Origin: a candidate division FCPU426 bacterium
GTDB taxonomy: Bacteria > Oederibacteriota > PGYV01 > Palsa-1178
Direction of reading: 5' to 3'
Assembly (NCBI GenBank): GCA_963840035.1
Contig: CAWIXE010000002.1
Coordinates: 352,001 to 416,000, forward strand
DNA: 64,000 nt
Below are positions 1 to 10,611 of this stretch, one piece after another. Within the stretch, counting starts at the first letter, position 1. Each line of letters starts with the position of its first letter. Both the position numbers and the translations under genes were made by a program. The notes under the pieces are model-generated. The model did not search any database, was not told the origin of the DNA, and was given only the letters and a program-made list of their open reading frames with translations.

Positions 1-1372
1 GGAGATGAACAAGAAAGAATTATACCTTCTGGATAATACATGGCCGCTTTCAGGCGCGAAACTGCAGACCATAGCCGAACTTTTTAACACCATCGATGTT
101 GACGTGATGTTAATGGGGGCCAGGCTCGGGGAAAATAACAAGAATAATTACCTTCTATATGATATAGCTTCAGGTGTATTTATACCGTTCACATACCAGC
201 ACGACCAGTACTTAATGGCAGGCAGGATAGCTTCAGGCATACCTGAAACCCTGACCATCGGCATTAACATGTCGGAGATAGTTGATTCAAAAGACACCGG
301 CACAAACCCGAACGCGCCGTCCATGGACAATTACGTTTATTCGGCTGATGCCGAAGGCAAGCTTAAATTCGGGGAAGGCATGGAACTGAAGGTTGACGCG
401 GAGTACGCCATGTCAAACTACACTAATAATAAGTTCTTTCAGAATTACATATCGGATTCCGCTTTAAAGGCTGAAGGAGTGTTCAAATTTGACATAGCGG
501 GAATCGGAAGTTCGTCAATCGGCGCGGCATACAGCGCGGTAGGGCTTTCATACACCGCGTACGCGGCACAGTCCAGGATAAATGACGAGAGGACAAACCC
601 GCCATACCTTACGCAAAACAGTACATGGAACATAGCAAACAAACCGCCTTCGTACATACTCGGCGGGAGGGTATATCCTTTCACAAGGTACAGCCCGACT
701 ATCAATGTAAATTACGGTAACGCGTCAGGTGCAAGCTCAACCGGTATCGCGGCCGGAATGGGAAACCTGTTGTTCTATCCTATTTATGAAAATAACACAC
801 TTCCTTACGGAGATTCCACGCCGAACAGGCAGTGCATACAGGTGAAGTACTCCGGCAACTACGCGGACGGGATTTTACAACCGTCTTTAAATTATGTAAT
901 GGCAAATGAAATAGTATCCCCGCTTCCTGTTACATATACAATCAAGCCCAGGGCTTACACGGTCATAGAAGCGGGGGTAAAGAGCGAGTTTAACCTTTTT
1001 GTACCGCTTGCCCTGACAGTCGGGTTCAAGTCTGAGGACACGAATAACAGCCAGGCGAAATCCATAGCGTTTTCCTCGGCGACAATTGACGCAGGGCTGG
1101 AAGCCACCATCATAAAGAAAAAGTTCAAGGTATATACTGGCTACAAATCCACGGCTTTTAACGGATCTGAGTACATGCTCGAAAGCGGCTCCGTGGGCCT
1201 CATGCAGTTTAACCATGAGATCTCCAGCATAGGCATCGGCATGGAATACTTCATAGCAAAACCAGCGGTTGTGGGAATGTCGTTTACAACGACAAAAGTG
1301 GCTGACCTTGAGACAGAGGCTTTAAGCTACAGCGTGCAGGAACTCGACATAAAGGTATCAATAGCATTCTAA
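1..1372 (+). CDS. Probable outer-membrane beta-barrel protein, likely 5'-truncated by the window edge
   Basis: No signal peptide at the first ATG. Alternating amphipathic strands rich in G/Y/F; ends in aromatic IKVSIAF (BAM-type C-terminus). Confidence 0.6.
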   Translation, partial: EMNKKELYLLDNTWPLSGAKLQTIAELFNTIDVDVMLMGARLGENNKNNYLLYDIASGVFIPFTYQHDQYLMAGRIASGIPETLTIGINMSEIVDSKDTGTNPNAPSMDNYVYSADAEGKLKFGEGMELKVDAEYAMSNYTNNKFFQNYISDSALKAEGVFKFDIAGIGSSSIGAAYSAVGLSYTAYAAQSRINDERTNPPYLTQNSTWNIANKPPSYILGGRVYPFTRYSPTINVNYGNASGASSTGIAAGMGNLLFYPIYENNTLPYGDSTPNRQCIQVKYSGNYADGILQPSLNYVMANEIVSPLPVTYTIKPRAYTVIEAGVKSEFNLFVPLALTVGFKSEDTNNSQAKSIAFSSATIDAGLEATIIKKKFKVYTGYKSTAFNGSEYMLESGSVGLMQFNHEISSIGIGMEYFIAKPAVVGMSFTTTKVADLETEALSYSVQELDIKVSIAF

Positions 1373-1440
1373 GGCAGAAAAATGCAGCCGCACCCTCTGC
1401 GTTTCATCGGGGTGCGCAAACGGTGATAGGTTTAAGATGG

Positions 1441-1468
1441 TAAACAAAGGCAGGGCTTGCGGCGTCTA
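1441..1468 (+). promoter_or_regulatory. Candidate ECF-type promoter TAAAC-N17-CGTCTA
   Basis: Same spacing and -10 as GGAAC-N17-CGTCTA upstream of the ECF sigma gene (58391-58418). Confidence 0.35.
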
Positions 1469-1539
1469 ATTAGTAACATCGGGCCGCGGGCTTGATTGAA
1501 AAATATAAGAACTATAAATTAACTCGAGGAGGAAATATT

Positions 1540-2283
1540 ATGAAAAAAGCACTTGTGTTGGTCCTGGCTTTAGTTGTGATGTCGTTCTCGGTACTTCTGG
1601 CGGAAAAGCCCACGGCGGCGTTGTCGGTAATTTCCGGAGCTATGACAGTTGACGGTTCAACAGCGGACTGGAAAGCATGCGGAATAAAACCGCTTACCAT
1701 CAATACCAAGGCGCAGGTAGCCATTGGCGGGCCATATTGGACAGGCGCGGCAACAGAGTCGGCGGAAGTTTATGTGGCTTTTACAGCCGAAGCTTTATAC
1801 CTCGCAGCAGAAGTAAAAAGCCCGAAAGGCATTAAGAATAAGAACGCTGAAGGCAAGATATATGACGGCAACTGCGTAGAGGTGTTCATTGGTTTTGACA
1901 ACTCAGACCCGAGCAGGGAGCTTTACACGGAGACGGATTATCAGATAGGTTTCTCAACAGGCGAGTATTCAAAGGCAAATAAGAAATTCACTGTAAAGCC
2001 GTCGGTGTTCTGCTTTAACATGCAGAAACCGGTTGATGGCGCTAAGATTGTTGTAAAACCCGCTACAGGCGGATACGTGCTTGAGGCAATGGTTCCGGCT
2101 GAATTTTTATCAGGCTGGGATGTAAGGGAAGGAATGGACCTCGGATTTGATATCGGCATAGATGATGTAGGCGAAAAAGGGGTCGGCAGGAAGATACAGA
2201 TGACATGGTCAGGAGATAAAGACGGATGGAAGAACCCCAAAGGCTGGGGCAAGGCAAGCTTAAAAGAAAAGACCTGCAAGTAA
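1540..2283 (+). CDS. Secreted CBM9-like/DOMON sugar-binding protein
   Basis: GGAGG RBS before ATG 1540 and a signal peptide. Motifs TVDGSTADW, LYLAAEV, DGNCVEVFI, GYVLEAMVP, GFDIGIDD are typical of CBM9-like domains. Confidence 0.75.
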   Translation: MKKALVLVLALVVMSFSVLLAEKPTAALSVISGAMTVDGSTADWKACGIKPLTINTKAQVAIGGPYWTGAATESAEVYVAFTAEALYLAAEVKSPKGIKNKNAEGKIYDGNCVEVFIGFDNSDPSRELYTETDYQIGFSTGEYSKANKKFTVKPSVFCFNMQKPVDGAKIVVKPATGGYVLEAMVPAEFLSGWDVREGMDLGFDIGIDDVGEKGVGRKIQMTWSGDKDGWKNPKGWGKASLKEKTCK

Positions 2284-2295
2284 ATATATAACCTG

Positions 2296-2322
2296 TCAGG
2301 GCGGGCTTTAAAGCCCGCCCTG
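2296..2322 (+). terminator. GC-rich hairpin (CAGGGCGGGCTT-TAAAGCCCGCCCTG)
   Basis: Inverted repeat just after the stop codon; no U-tract. Confidence 0.5.
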
Positions 2323-2370
2323 AACGGGCAAATAGGTGAGGGAAAAACCTATTTAAAAGGAGTAACGGAC

Positions 2371-3135
2371 ATGAAAAAAACAGTGCTGATAATTGCGGCA
2401 ATCGCCGCGCTTTTTGCGTTTTCATTCACGGGGTGCAAAAGAAATCCGGTCATAGCGCCGGCTGATTTGCCTGCGCCCATTGCCGCCCCTGTTTATCCGA
2501 TGAATGTTATTATAGATGACTGTGACGACAATGATAATGTGACGGCCTGGGGTGGATATTGGTTTACATACGACGATAATAAACCGCCCAATTTCGGCAC
2601 GTCGACCATTGAGCCCAAAAACGGGGCGCTTTTTACAATGACTTTTGTAGGGCCTGACTGGAACAGCCTGGTTAACGGGCCCAATGTATATTGCGCGAGG
2701 TTTACCGGCGATGTAAAAAGGGGCGGCCCGACATCGTTTGCGTATCCGCTCATAGGCGTCGGCATAGGTTTATCGCCGATGGATGACAAGCAGAATTTCT
2801 ACACATATAGCGGCATCAGGTTCTGGGTTAAAAGGGGGCTTACGGATCAGATTATCAGTTACAGGTTAGCCCTTAAAAGCGCCAACAATCCTGATCCGGC
2901 ATTATATGATTTTTGGGGCATGACATTTTCCGCTCCTGCGGGAGTCTGGACGCAGATTAACATACCGTTTTCTTCCCCGTCATTCATGCAGAATTTCGGG
3001 CTGCCGCTTGATAAACAAACTTCGCTCAGCCAGGTAACAGGCATACAGATACAGACCAAAAACAGCCCGGATCCGGCGCCATACGTAACGCTTCACGCGG
3101 ACCTTTCCATAGACAAGATAGAACTGTACAGATAA
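2371..3135 (+). CDS. Lipoprotein with CBM11/CIA30-like carbohydrate-binding domain
   Basis: Lipobox FTGC; IIDDCDD...GYWFTYDD, YSGIRFWVK, WTQINIPFS, IDKIELY motifs. Confidence 0.7.
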   Translation: MKKTVLIIAAIAALFAFSFTGCKRNPVIAPADLPAPIAAPVYPMNVIIDDCDDNDNVTAWGGYWFTYDDNKPPNFGTSTIEPKNGALFTMTFVGPDWNSLVNGPNVYCARFTGDVKRGGPTSFAYPLIGVGIGLSPMDDKQNFYTYSGIRFWVKRGLTDQIISYRLALKSANNPDPALYDFWGMTFSAPAGVWTQINIPFSSPSFMQNFGLPLDKQTSLSQVTGIQIQTKNSPDPAPYVTLHADLSIDKIELYR

Positions 3136-3186
3136 AAAGGTGAGTAAAATATAATCTACACACTTATTTCAGGAGGTGGAAGGCAA

Positions 3187-4074
3187 ATGAAAAGATTTTT
3201 AAAGGAAGTAATGGTAATGGCTACGATTATGCTTTTAGTAACAGCTCTGATGGTGATAGGCTGCAGCAAGAAAAAAGCTATAGACCTGACTGCCGCTGAT
3301 ATCGGGCCCGCAGGTACAGCTACGAATTCGCCAATAGTAATTCCAAGCGCTACGCCTACTTGGACATACTCAGCCCCGAGAGTGTGGCTGGACAGGTGTG
3401 AAGACGGAAATAACCAGATAGAATTTACCGTTCCGTCAAGCCCGGGATACTGGTTTACATATGACGATAACGCACCGCCGGATAACGGAACGACCCTTGT
3501 AGTACCGTGGGGAGACCCGAAATTCATGACCGCCGGTCTTACGCCTACTCCTTTTTACATGCAGGCGCCGGGTGTCGGTATTGACGGAACTGGAACAAGT
3601 GCATACGCCGCAAGGATGACCGGTTATGTAAGGAATAACAATTCAACTCCTCCAGGCATGGCGTATGGTTTTGCGGGGATGGGATTTAACCTGACCGACC
3701 CTAAAGGCGCTTTCAGTGTAACATCAACGGCCGGAGTAGGCGGATATGTGGGTATTAAATTCTGGTACAGGGGAGCAGTAACAGGCGCAAGCGCACAGGC
3801 AGTTTACAGGCTCAAACTTGATGCTCCGGGGACTTACACTACCGCCGATGTGTATGGTTATCAGTTCAATGTCCCTGTGGATGATTCATGGACGCAGTTT
3901 GTTCATCCGTTCTCTGATTTTACCCAGGAAGGCTGGGGAGCTACGCCGCCCGTAACGCTTTTTAGCGTTTTGTCAAATCTTGTTGCTTTACAATGGCAGA
4001 CGGCGACAAAGGGAAGTTCGTCATCCACAGAAGGTTATTTTGAACTCTGGGTTGACAATATAGAACTGTACTAA
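3187..4074 (+). CDS. Lipoprotein with CBM11/CIA30-like domain (paralog of 2371..3135)
   Basis: Lipobox VIGC; GYWFTYDD, GIKFWYRG, WTQFVHPFSDFTQEGWG, WVDNIELY. Confidence 0.7.
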   Translation: MKRFLKEVMVMATIMLLVTALMVIGCSKKKAIDLTAADIGPAGTATNSPIVIPSATPTWTYSAPRVWLDRCEDGNNQIEFTVPSSPGYWFTYDDNAPPDNGTTLVVPWGDPKFMTAGLTPTPFYMQAPGVGIDGTGTSAYAARMTGYVRNNNSTPPGMAYGFAGMGFNLTDPKGAFSVTSTAGVGGYVGIKFWYRGAVTGASAQAVYRLKLDAPGTYTTADVYGYQFNVPVDDSWTQFVHPFSDFTQEGWGATPPVTLFSVLSNLVALQWQTATKGSSSSTEGYFELWVDNIELY

Positions 4075-4090
4075 AGTATTATTACGATAT

Positions 4091-4120
4091 CGCTGGGGGC
4101 GGATTCAACCGCCCCCAGCG
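4091..4120 (+). terminator. Strong hairpin CGCTGGGGGCGG-ATTCAA-CCGCCCCCAGCG
   Basis: Perfect 12-bp inverted repeat downstream of the stop codon. Confidence 0.6.
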
Positions 4121-4164
4121 GATTAAATGTACTAAGGACCATAAACTTTATGAGGTGATTTCTG

Positions 4165-4830
4165 GTGAGGAAAATTATTTCCATAACACTTTCAGCCATC
4201 ATATTAACAATATTTACTTCATGCGCGGGAGTTTTCGCGCTTAAAAACCCCAAATTAACGGGCGGAAAGATAGAAACCAATGCTTATAAGCCTACAAAAC
4301 CGCCGGTTATTTTTGATGATTTTGAAGCGGGTGTGGTTGTCGGCGCGTATTCGTACGCCAACGGCGCGGGCGGCGCGTCTGCCAAGTTAATGATAAGCGA
4401 CCCGGCAACGGATGTTCCTCACGGCGGTAAATACGCCGCCAAGTCGGTATTTGATTCAGGGACAAGCGCTGACTGGGGCTGCGGATTCGGGTGCCAGTCC
4501 ACATACGGCGGCGGGTTCATAGACGCTACCGGCAGGGAATACGTAAGCCTCTGGATAAAAGCGCCTGAAGGCGTGCCATATTATGTCTTTGTAAATGAAG
4601 CGGCCGCGAACGGCGCTGACGGGGAATTCTACAACGGCCCGCTGCGCAACGGAACGGGAAAGTGGACGTTGTATGAAGTGGCCATGGAAGATTTTATTAG
4701 GAATATTTATTCGGGAAACCAGACAGGAAACGGCTCCATAGACATGTGCGGGCTTGGTACCGTCGGAGTGCAGATAACAGGGGCTTCAGGCAAGGGCGAC
4801 TTTTTTATGGATGATATCTGGTTTAAGTAG
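4165..4830 (+). CDS. Lipoprotein with CBM11-like domain
   Basis: GTG start after GAGGTG; lipobox FTSC; FDDFE...WGCGFG...LWIKAP...MDDIWFK. Confidence 0.65.
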   Translation: MRKIISITLSAIILTIFTSCAGVFALKNPKLTGGKIETNAYKPTKPPVIFDDFEAGVVVGAYSYANGAGGASAKLMISDPATDVPHGGKYAAKSVFDSGTSADWGCGFGCQSTYGGGFIDATGREYVSLWIKAPEGVPYYVFVNEAAANGADGEFYNGPLRNGTGKWTLYEVAMEDFIRNIYSGNQTGNGSIDMCGLGTVGVQITGASGKGDFFMDDIWFK

Positions 4831-4834
4831 GGCA

Positions 4835-4923
4835 AATTTTCGATTTTCAATTTTGAATTTTCAATTAAGATCAAACGGGGTGTGGTGATTTAATTGAAAA
4901 TTGAAAATATAAAATTTCAAATT
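4835..4923. repeat. Inverted heptamer-array hairpin, (AATTTTC)n ... (GAAAATT)n
   Basis: 4-5 degenerate 7-mers per arm with a ~21-nt spacer, filling the space from stop codon to RBS. Confidence 0.85.
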
Positions 4924-4938
4924 AAGTTGGAGGTTTTT

Positions 4939-5598
4939 GTGAAAAAAATATCAATAATAACAGCAATAATCGCCGCGCTTGTATTTACGTCATGCGCGGG
5001 CGTTATTTCTTTCAGGAATCCAAAGGCTGCTAAGGCCGCAAAAACATCGGGCGAAGTTAAAAAACTCGCGCCTGTAAAGTTTGAGGATTTTGAGAACGGC
5101 ACAATGGTCGGCGGCTACGGCTACGCAAATACCGCGGGCGGCGCTTCAGTGAAATATATTATCGGGGACCCGTCGGCGGATAAGGCGCATGGCGGACAGT
5201 ATTGCGCCAAGGCAAATTATGACACGGGCACAAACGGAGACTGGGGCTGCGGTTTCGGATGCCAGAGCTCATACGGCGCCGGTTATATAGACGCGTCAGA
5301 CAGGGAATACATATCGTTCTGGGCAAAACTTCCCGAGGGCGTGACTTTTTACGCATTTGTTAATGAAGCGGCTGCAAACGGAGGGGACGGCGAGTTTTAC
5401 AACGGGCCGTCACAGACAGGCGCCGGCAAATGGTACGAGTACCTCATACCGCTCGATGAATTTTTTAAGAACATATATTCCGGAAGCCAGATGGGCAATA
5501 ACCAGATGGATAAATCAGGCATCGGCACAGTAGGTTTCCAGGTAGGCGGAAACCAGGGCAAAGCCGCGTTTTTAGTTGACGATATCTGGTTTAAATAA
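4939..5598 (+). CDS. Lipoprotein with CBM11-like domain (tandem paralog of 4165..4830)
   Basis: GGAGG then GTG at 4939; lipobox FTSC; long shared blocks (DWGCGFGCQS, FVNEAAANG.DGEFYNGP, DDIWFK). Confidence 0.7.
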   Translation: MKKISIITAIIAALVFTSCAGVISFRNPKAAKAAKTSGEVKKLAPVKFEDFENGTMVGGYGYANTAGGASVKYIIGDPSADKAHGGQYCAKANYDTGTNGDWGCGFGCQSSYGAGYIDASDREYISFWAKLPEGVTFYAFVNEAAANGGDGEFYNGPSQTGAGKWYEYLIPLDEFFKNIYSGSQMGNNQMDKSGIGTVGFQVGGNQGKAAFLVDDIWFK

Positions 5599-5640
5599 CA
5601 GGTAATAACTAATAGGTAATAAGTCAGAAGTGGTACATAT

Positions 5641-5666
5641 AAAGGCGGGCGAAATGCCCGCCTTTT
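5641..5666 (+). terminator. Rho-independent terminator
   Basis: AAAGGCGGGC-GAAAT-GCCCGCCTTTT. Confidence 0.75.
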
Positions 5667-5700
5667 CTATTATATTGGCACGGCTTTCTGTCCTGTATTT

Positions 5701-5723
5701 CGCAGCCTGAAGGCTGCAGCTGC
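5701..5723 (-). repeat. REP-like palindrome (reverse complement of GTAGCCGCAGCCTTCAGGCTGCG, 21/23)
   Basis: Matches the interrupted copy at 35489-35542. Confidence 0.55.
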
Positions 5724-5746
5724 CAAACCATTATTACAGTATGTGT

Positions 5747-5775
5747 TTGACAGGGGTTTTTATATTGGTTATAAT
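5747..5775 (+). promoter_or_regulatory. Sigma70 promoter, perfect consensus
   Basis: TTGACA-N17-TATAAT, 30 nt upstream of the GH9 start. Confidence 0.8.
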
Positions 5776-5804
5776 TAATGCAGGTGAGGACACCTGGAGG
5801 AAGC

Positions 5805-8800
5805 ATGTACCGCAGACTCAAATTCGCAGCTTTATTCTTGTTTATCAGCAGCGCGGTTATTTCCGCCCCTGCCCCGATATCCGAACAAATCATAGTGGAC
5901 CAGATAGGCTACAGGCCTACAGCCGATAAGTGGCTGATGATTGCAGACCCCCAGACCGGCCAAAACAGCGCCATTACATACGTCCCCGGCGCAAATGTCC
6001 AGTTAAGGCGGGCTTCTGATGATGTCAGCGTCATGACAATTCCGCTCACAGCGTGGAACTCGGGCGCTACGCACACTCAGTCGGGAGATAAGGTGTGGCA
6101 GGGCGATTTTTCATCTTACACAACACCGGGCACTTACTATATTTACGACCCCACAAACGTTTATAAATCCTATAACTTTGATATTAAAGACGATGTGTAT
6201 AATTCCATTCTTCAGGCCTCTGTAAAATCATATCTTTATCAGCGCTGCGGCGTTGCGGTTAGCAGCGGCGTGTGGACGCACGCGGCCTGTCATGTGGCGA
6301 CACAAAGCGCAGCCCATCTTTACGACTCCGGCCTCGGTGGGGATCAGGGTGCCGGGACTGCCAGGGATATAACCGGCGGTTGGCACGACGCGGGAGATTA
6401 CAGAAAATACACTTCCTGGATGGCGCATGTTATCTGGGATATGGCTTATATGTGGGAGTGGAACCCTGCGGCTTTTTCCGACGCTGCCGTAATCCCGGAA
6501 TCAGGCAACGGGGTACCTGACATACTTGATGAAATGAAGCAGGAAATAGAATGGATGTATAAAATGCAGAGGCCTGACGGAGCGCTGTATTCCGGGGCAT
6601 TTGTTGTAAAAGGTGTAAATGGCACAAACGGAGGCGACGGAAATCCCGCGCTTGAGGACAGGCCATATTTTTACGCGAACTATTCTACGGCAGCTACAGC
6701 GTCAGGCGCGGTTGCGCTTGCGATAGGAGCCAGATTACTTTCATCATATCCCGGAGTATACGCCGCTGAGGCGGCGAAGTATGAGACAGCGGCAAAAAAT
6801 GCCTGGAATTTTCTCATGGCCAATACTGCAAACATAACTTATAACGCCACCGATATTGATAACGCCGACGCAAATATGGATGCGGGAGCGGACAACAGGC
6901 TGCGTTTCATGGCTGCGGTCGAGCTTTACAGGCTGACCGGAGGCGCAGCGTACAAGACATATATTGATGATAATTATACTAACGCCAATTTGAATGACGG
7001 TACGTATCATCCCATCAACAATGGAAGCTATTTACCGGGGGCCGCATCAGATTTTCAGAGGGCGCTGGTGGCGTATTGCCTTGCGCCGGGAGCCACCGCT
7101 TCAATTGTAACGACGATTAAGACATGCATAAACGCCGGGATAAACAATTACCAGTACGCCATGCGCAATGATGACCCTTATAAATGCGCCATGTGGGACG
7201 GTCATTACTGCTGGGGGTCCAACTCCCAGAAAAGCAGCGTGGGCGAACATCCTGCTTTGGGGAGTTAAGCTGAATGTTAACGCGGGTATGACAGTTACTT
7301 ATAATAAGCTTGCCGAGGAATACCTGCACTATTACCACGGAAGAAACCCTTTATCCTGGTGCTACCTTACCCAGTCGCAGTTATCAGGCGCGGACAAATC
7401 AATAACTGAAATTTTTCACGGGTGGTTCATGGACGGTACGGCGTTTGATACAAACCCGGCGCCGGGTATTTTAGCGGGAGGGCCAAACAGGGATTTTGCT
7501 CCAACGAGGTATACCGGGACAGCGGCATGCCCGGTTTACACTGTGGCCCCACCCCAGGGTGAGCCCCCTATGAAAGCGTATAAAAACTGGAACTCAGGCT
7601 GGGTCGGGGAACAGCCTGCCGGCTCAGGCTGCGGTTGGAGCGATGACTCATGGGAAGTAACTGAAAATTCCACCGGCTACCAGTCCCTTTATTGTTTTCT
7701 TGCGGCGGCTTTTGCGGGAAGTACCGGGCCTACGCCGACAGTAACAGTTTCACCTACTTACGCGGGGAGCCCTACAATCACGCCGACTATTACGCCAACT
7801 TTCACGCTTACACCGGTACCGCCATATTTGCTTATTTACGACGGAGATACCGCGCCGCACAGACTTGCCGACGGAACGGTAAACCATGACGCGGATACCA
7901 CAATGACGGAAGTTACAGGGGGAACAATCGGAAACGCCATGCTCAATACTTATCCGGCATCGGTTGATTACTGGGCACAGAGTGAATGGGTCCCGCCTTC
8001 GAAGGTTCCCATAGGCTCTAACACATACCTGGTGTTTGACATAAAGGAAAATTCAGGCACGGTTTCAGCGCTGCTGGCAAGGCTCCTTTGGTACTACGAC
8101 CCTGTTGACATTGCGGGCTATGTGCCGGGAGGGATAATAGATAATACCTGGAGGACCGCCAGAATACCCATTGTGGACATGCAGGCAAACACATTTACGA
8201 CAATTGATAGCATAATATTTATAAGCAATGCAAATGTGGCATACAGCGTATTAATAGATAACATCAGGCTTGAAGGCGCCGCGGCAACAGCCACTAATAC
8301 GCCGTCGAATACACCGGCTGCAAGCCAGACATATACGCGGACAATTTCATCGACACCCACAGGGACTTATACTCCCACTATTTCTGCTACAGCGACACAT
8401 ACAAGGACGGCTACGGGGACATCATCAGCCACGCCTGTAATTACATTTACTGATACACCATCATGGACTGCCACGGCGACCCGCACTATGACCATGACAG
8501 GGACATTTTCACCGACTCAGCCATTAACTTCCACTTGGACTCATACGCCGTCATGGACCGGGACGCCTACATTCACGCTGACTCTTACGGACACAGGCAC
8601 CCCGACCTCCACCGGCACCATCACCCCCACAATGACCGTTACGCAGACGCATTCGGCTTCACCGACTGTAACGGATTACGCGGGTACTCCCACGGATACT
8701 TACACGCCCACGAACTCGCCCACGGTCACGGTGTCGCCGACCATCACGATTACAAAGACACCCTGCGCCTGTTCGTCGTATTTTGGAAATACGGTCGTCG

Positions 8801-10383
8801 GCCTTGTCGCTTCCATGGACGAGTCGCCTTATTTTGATTCCAATAAGTTTACGCTGGCCCAGGATTCGGTGGTGCATTCGTTATCCGCCTATGTAGCGTC
8901 GACAACCGGCGGAAATATAAGGATGGCGCTGTACGCAAATTCAGGATGGGCTCCGCATGTTCCCACGAGCCTGCTTGTGGAATCACAGGAGCAGCCGTCG
9001 GTTGCGGGCTGGAATACCGTGCCCATACCGGAGATATTTCTTGCCGCCGGTGATTACTGGATAGCATGGGAAGTGCAGCCCGGGACCGTGATGCCATATA
9101 ATTTATATAGCATGTCGGGCATAGAAGCATGGAAGGACATTATATACGGGCCATTCCCGTCGAACGCACCGAGCGCAAACGTTGATAACTATATATTTAC
9201 GGTCAAGGCTGATTATTGCCCGGTCACATGCCCGCTCCCGCAGGCGACCGCTACCATAACACCGACTTATGTCCCGGCGTGCGCCTGTGCCGGGGATTTA
9301 GGAATATTTACGCCGGGCGCTTCATTATTGAGCCCGGTGGGGTTCATATCCTCGGTATTTTATCCGCTGAGCCAGGATGTAGCGGCACAGGCCATATCCT
9401 TATATGTGGCTTCCGGGAACGGGACCGCGCAGGCCGCGATATATTCCAACAGCCTGCCCGGCATGACAAAGGGAACGCCCAAAGACCTGATAATCGAATC
9501 TGCCCCGGCCGCAATCGCGCCCGGGTGGAACAGGATAGCGGTGCCCGAGGTATTGCTTACAGGCAATAATATTTATTGGCTTACATTCCAAATAACAGGC
9601 GGGGTTATATCATATGATGCGGGGCCGGCGGGATGCATGTATTATCTCGGCAACCCGTTCGGGACGTTCCCGGCAGACGTGTCATCCGGAACAGCCGCAA
9701 ATTATGATTTTTCCGTGCAGCTTAATTACTGCCCGCTGACATGCCCGGCAAGCCCTACAAATACGCCGACAGCGACTGCCGTGCTTTCTGATACGCAAAC
9801 CCCAATTGCAACTGAAACAAGCACGGCTGATTTGTCGCCGACGCAGACATCAACGCAGACCACGGCTGTTGAATCGCCGACAGTGACTATTACACAGACA
9901 ATACTTCCGTCATCAACAAATACGCCGCTGCCTTCGTCAACTAATACCCCGATTCCAACCGCGACATTTACTTTGACGGGGACTCCGACAAAAACCATAT
10001 CTCTGACTAACACGCCGGTAATTACAGCTACAAATACACCAACACAGACACCTGCGGCGGTTCCAACAAGTGATAACCTGGTCATAGACAGCATAAAACC
10101 ATATCCTAATCCTGGAAGCGCAGGGATAACTGATATTACGGTTGGATTTAACATATCGCGCGACTGTAAAAGGATTGAATTCATGATGTACACACAGTCT
10201 GCCAGGTTAATCAGGCAGTATAAAAGTGAATTGGGGTATCCTGCAGGGAACAGGGCTGTAATGATAAGCAGGTCAAATTTTGCCGGGTTGGCTTCAGGCA
10301 CCTATTATTTTTGCATTGAAGCCACCGACACTACCGGAAAAACAGCCAAGTCAAAAATAGACAAAATAATCCTTTTAAAGTAG
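5805..10383 (+). CDS. Modular GH9 glucanase (CelD-N Ig + GH9 + CBM-like + Thr/Pro linkers + 2 Cys-flanked modules + CTD-like sorting domain); split by a +1 frameshift at ~7230
   Basis: IVDQIGYRP, GGWHDAGDY, SGNGVPDILDE, YLHYYHGRNPLS, DSWEVTENSTGYQ. Removing one A from AAAA at 7230-7233 joins the two ORFs (WGSNSQKAAW). C-terminal YPNP...SGTYYF...KIILLK. Confidence 0.85.
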
Positions 10384-10611
10384 GGCTTTCGTAATTTATT
10401 TCCTAAAAATAAAAACCTAATAAAATAAGGGCTTTTATTTGTTGAACCGGTTTTCATTATACAAAACGCAGTTGACAATGTTCTGAAAATACTATATATA
10501 TTAAGCAGAAAGAACGAAACTATTTTAAACTAAAGTTGTCGAAAGCATAGAAGTTTTTTTTTGCCTACAAATTTAAATGTTTAAACAAACTCTAATTAAC
10601 AGGTGAATTTG

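Noticed and set aside
4894..4938. N-terminal MKIENxKxxI extensions (also ORFs starting at 32659 and 59005)
   Set aside because: Artefacts of translating the GAAAATT heptamer arrays; the true starts follow downstream RBSs.
7220..7240. Programmed ribosomal frameshifting in the split genes
   Set aside because: No canonical slippery heptamer or stimulatory structure; mixed directions in unrelated genes.
10442..10502. LacI-like site TTGAACCGGTTTTC and TTGACA promoter upstream of 10612
   Set aside because: Imperfect symmetry and no well-spaced -10; not supportable on sequence alone.
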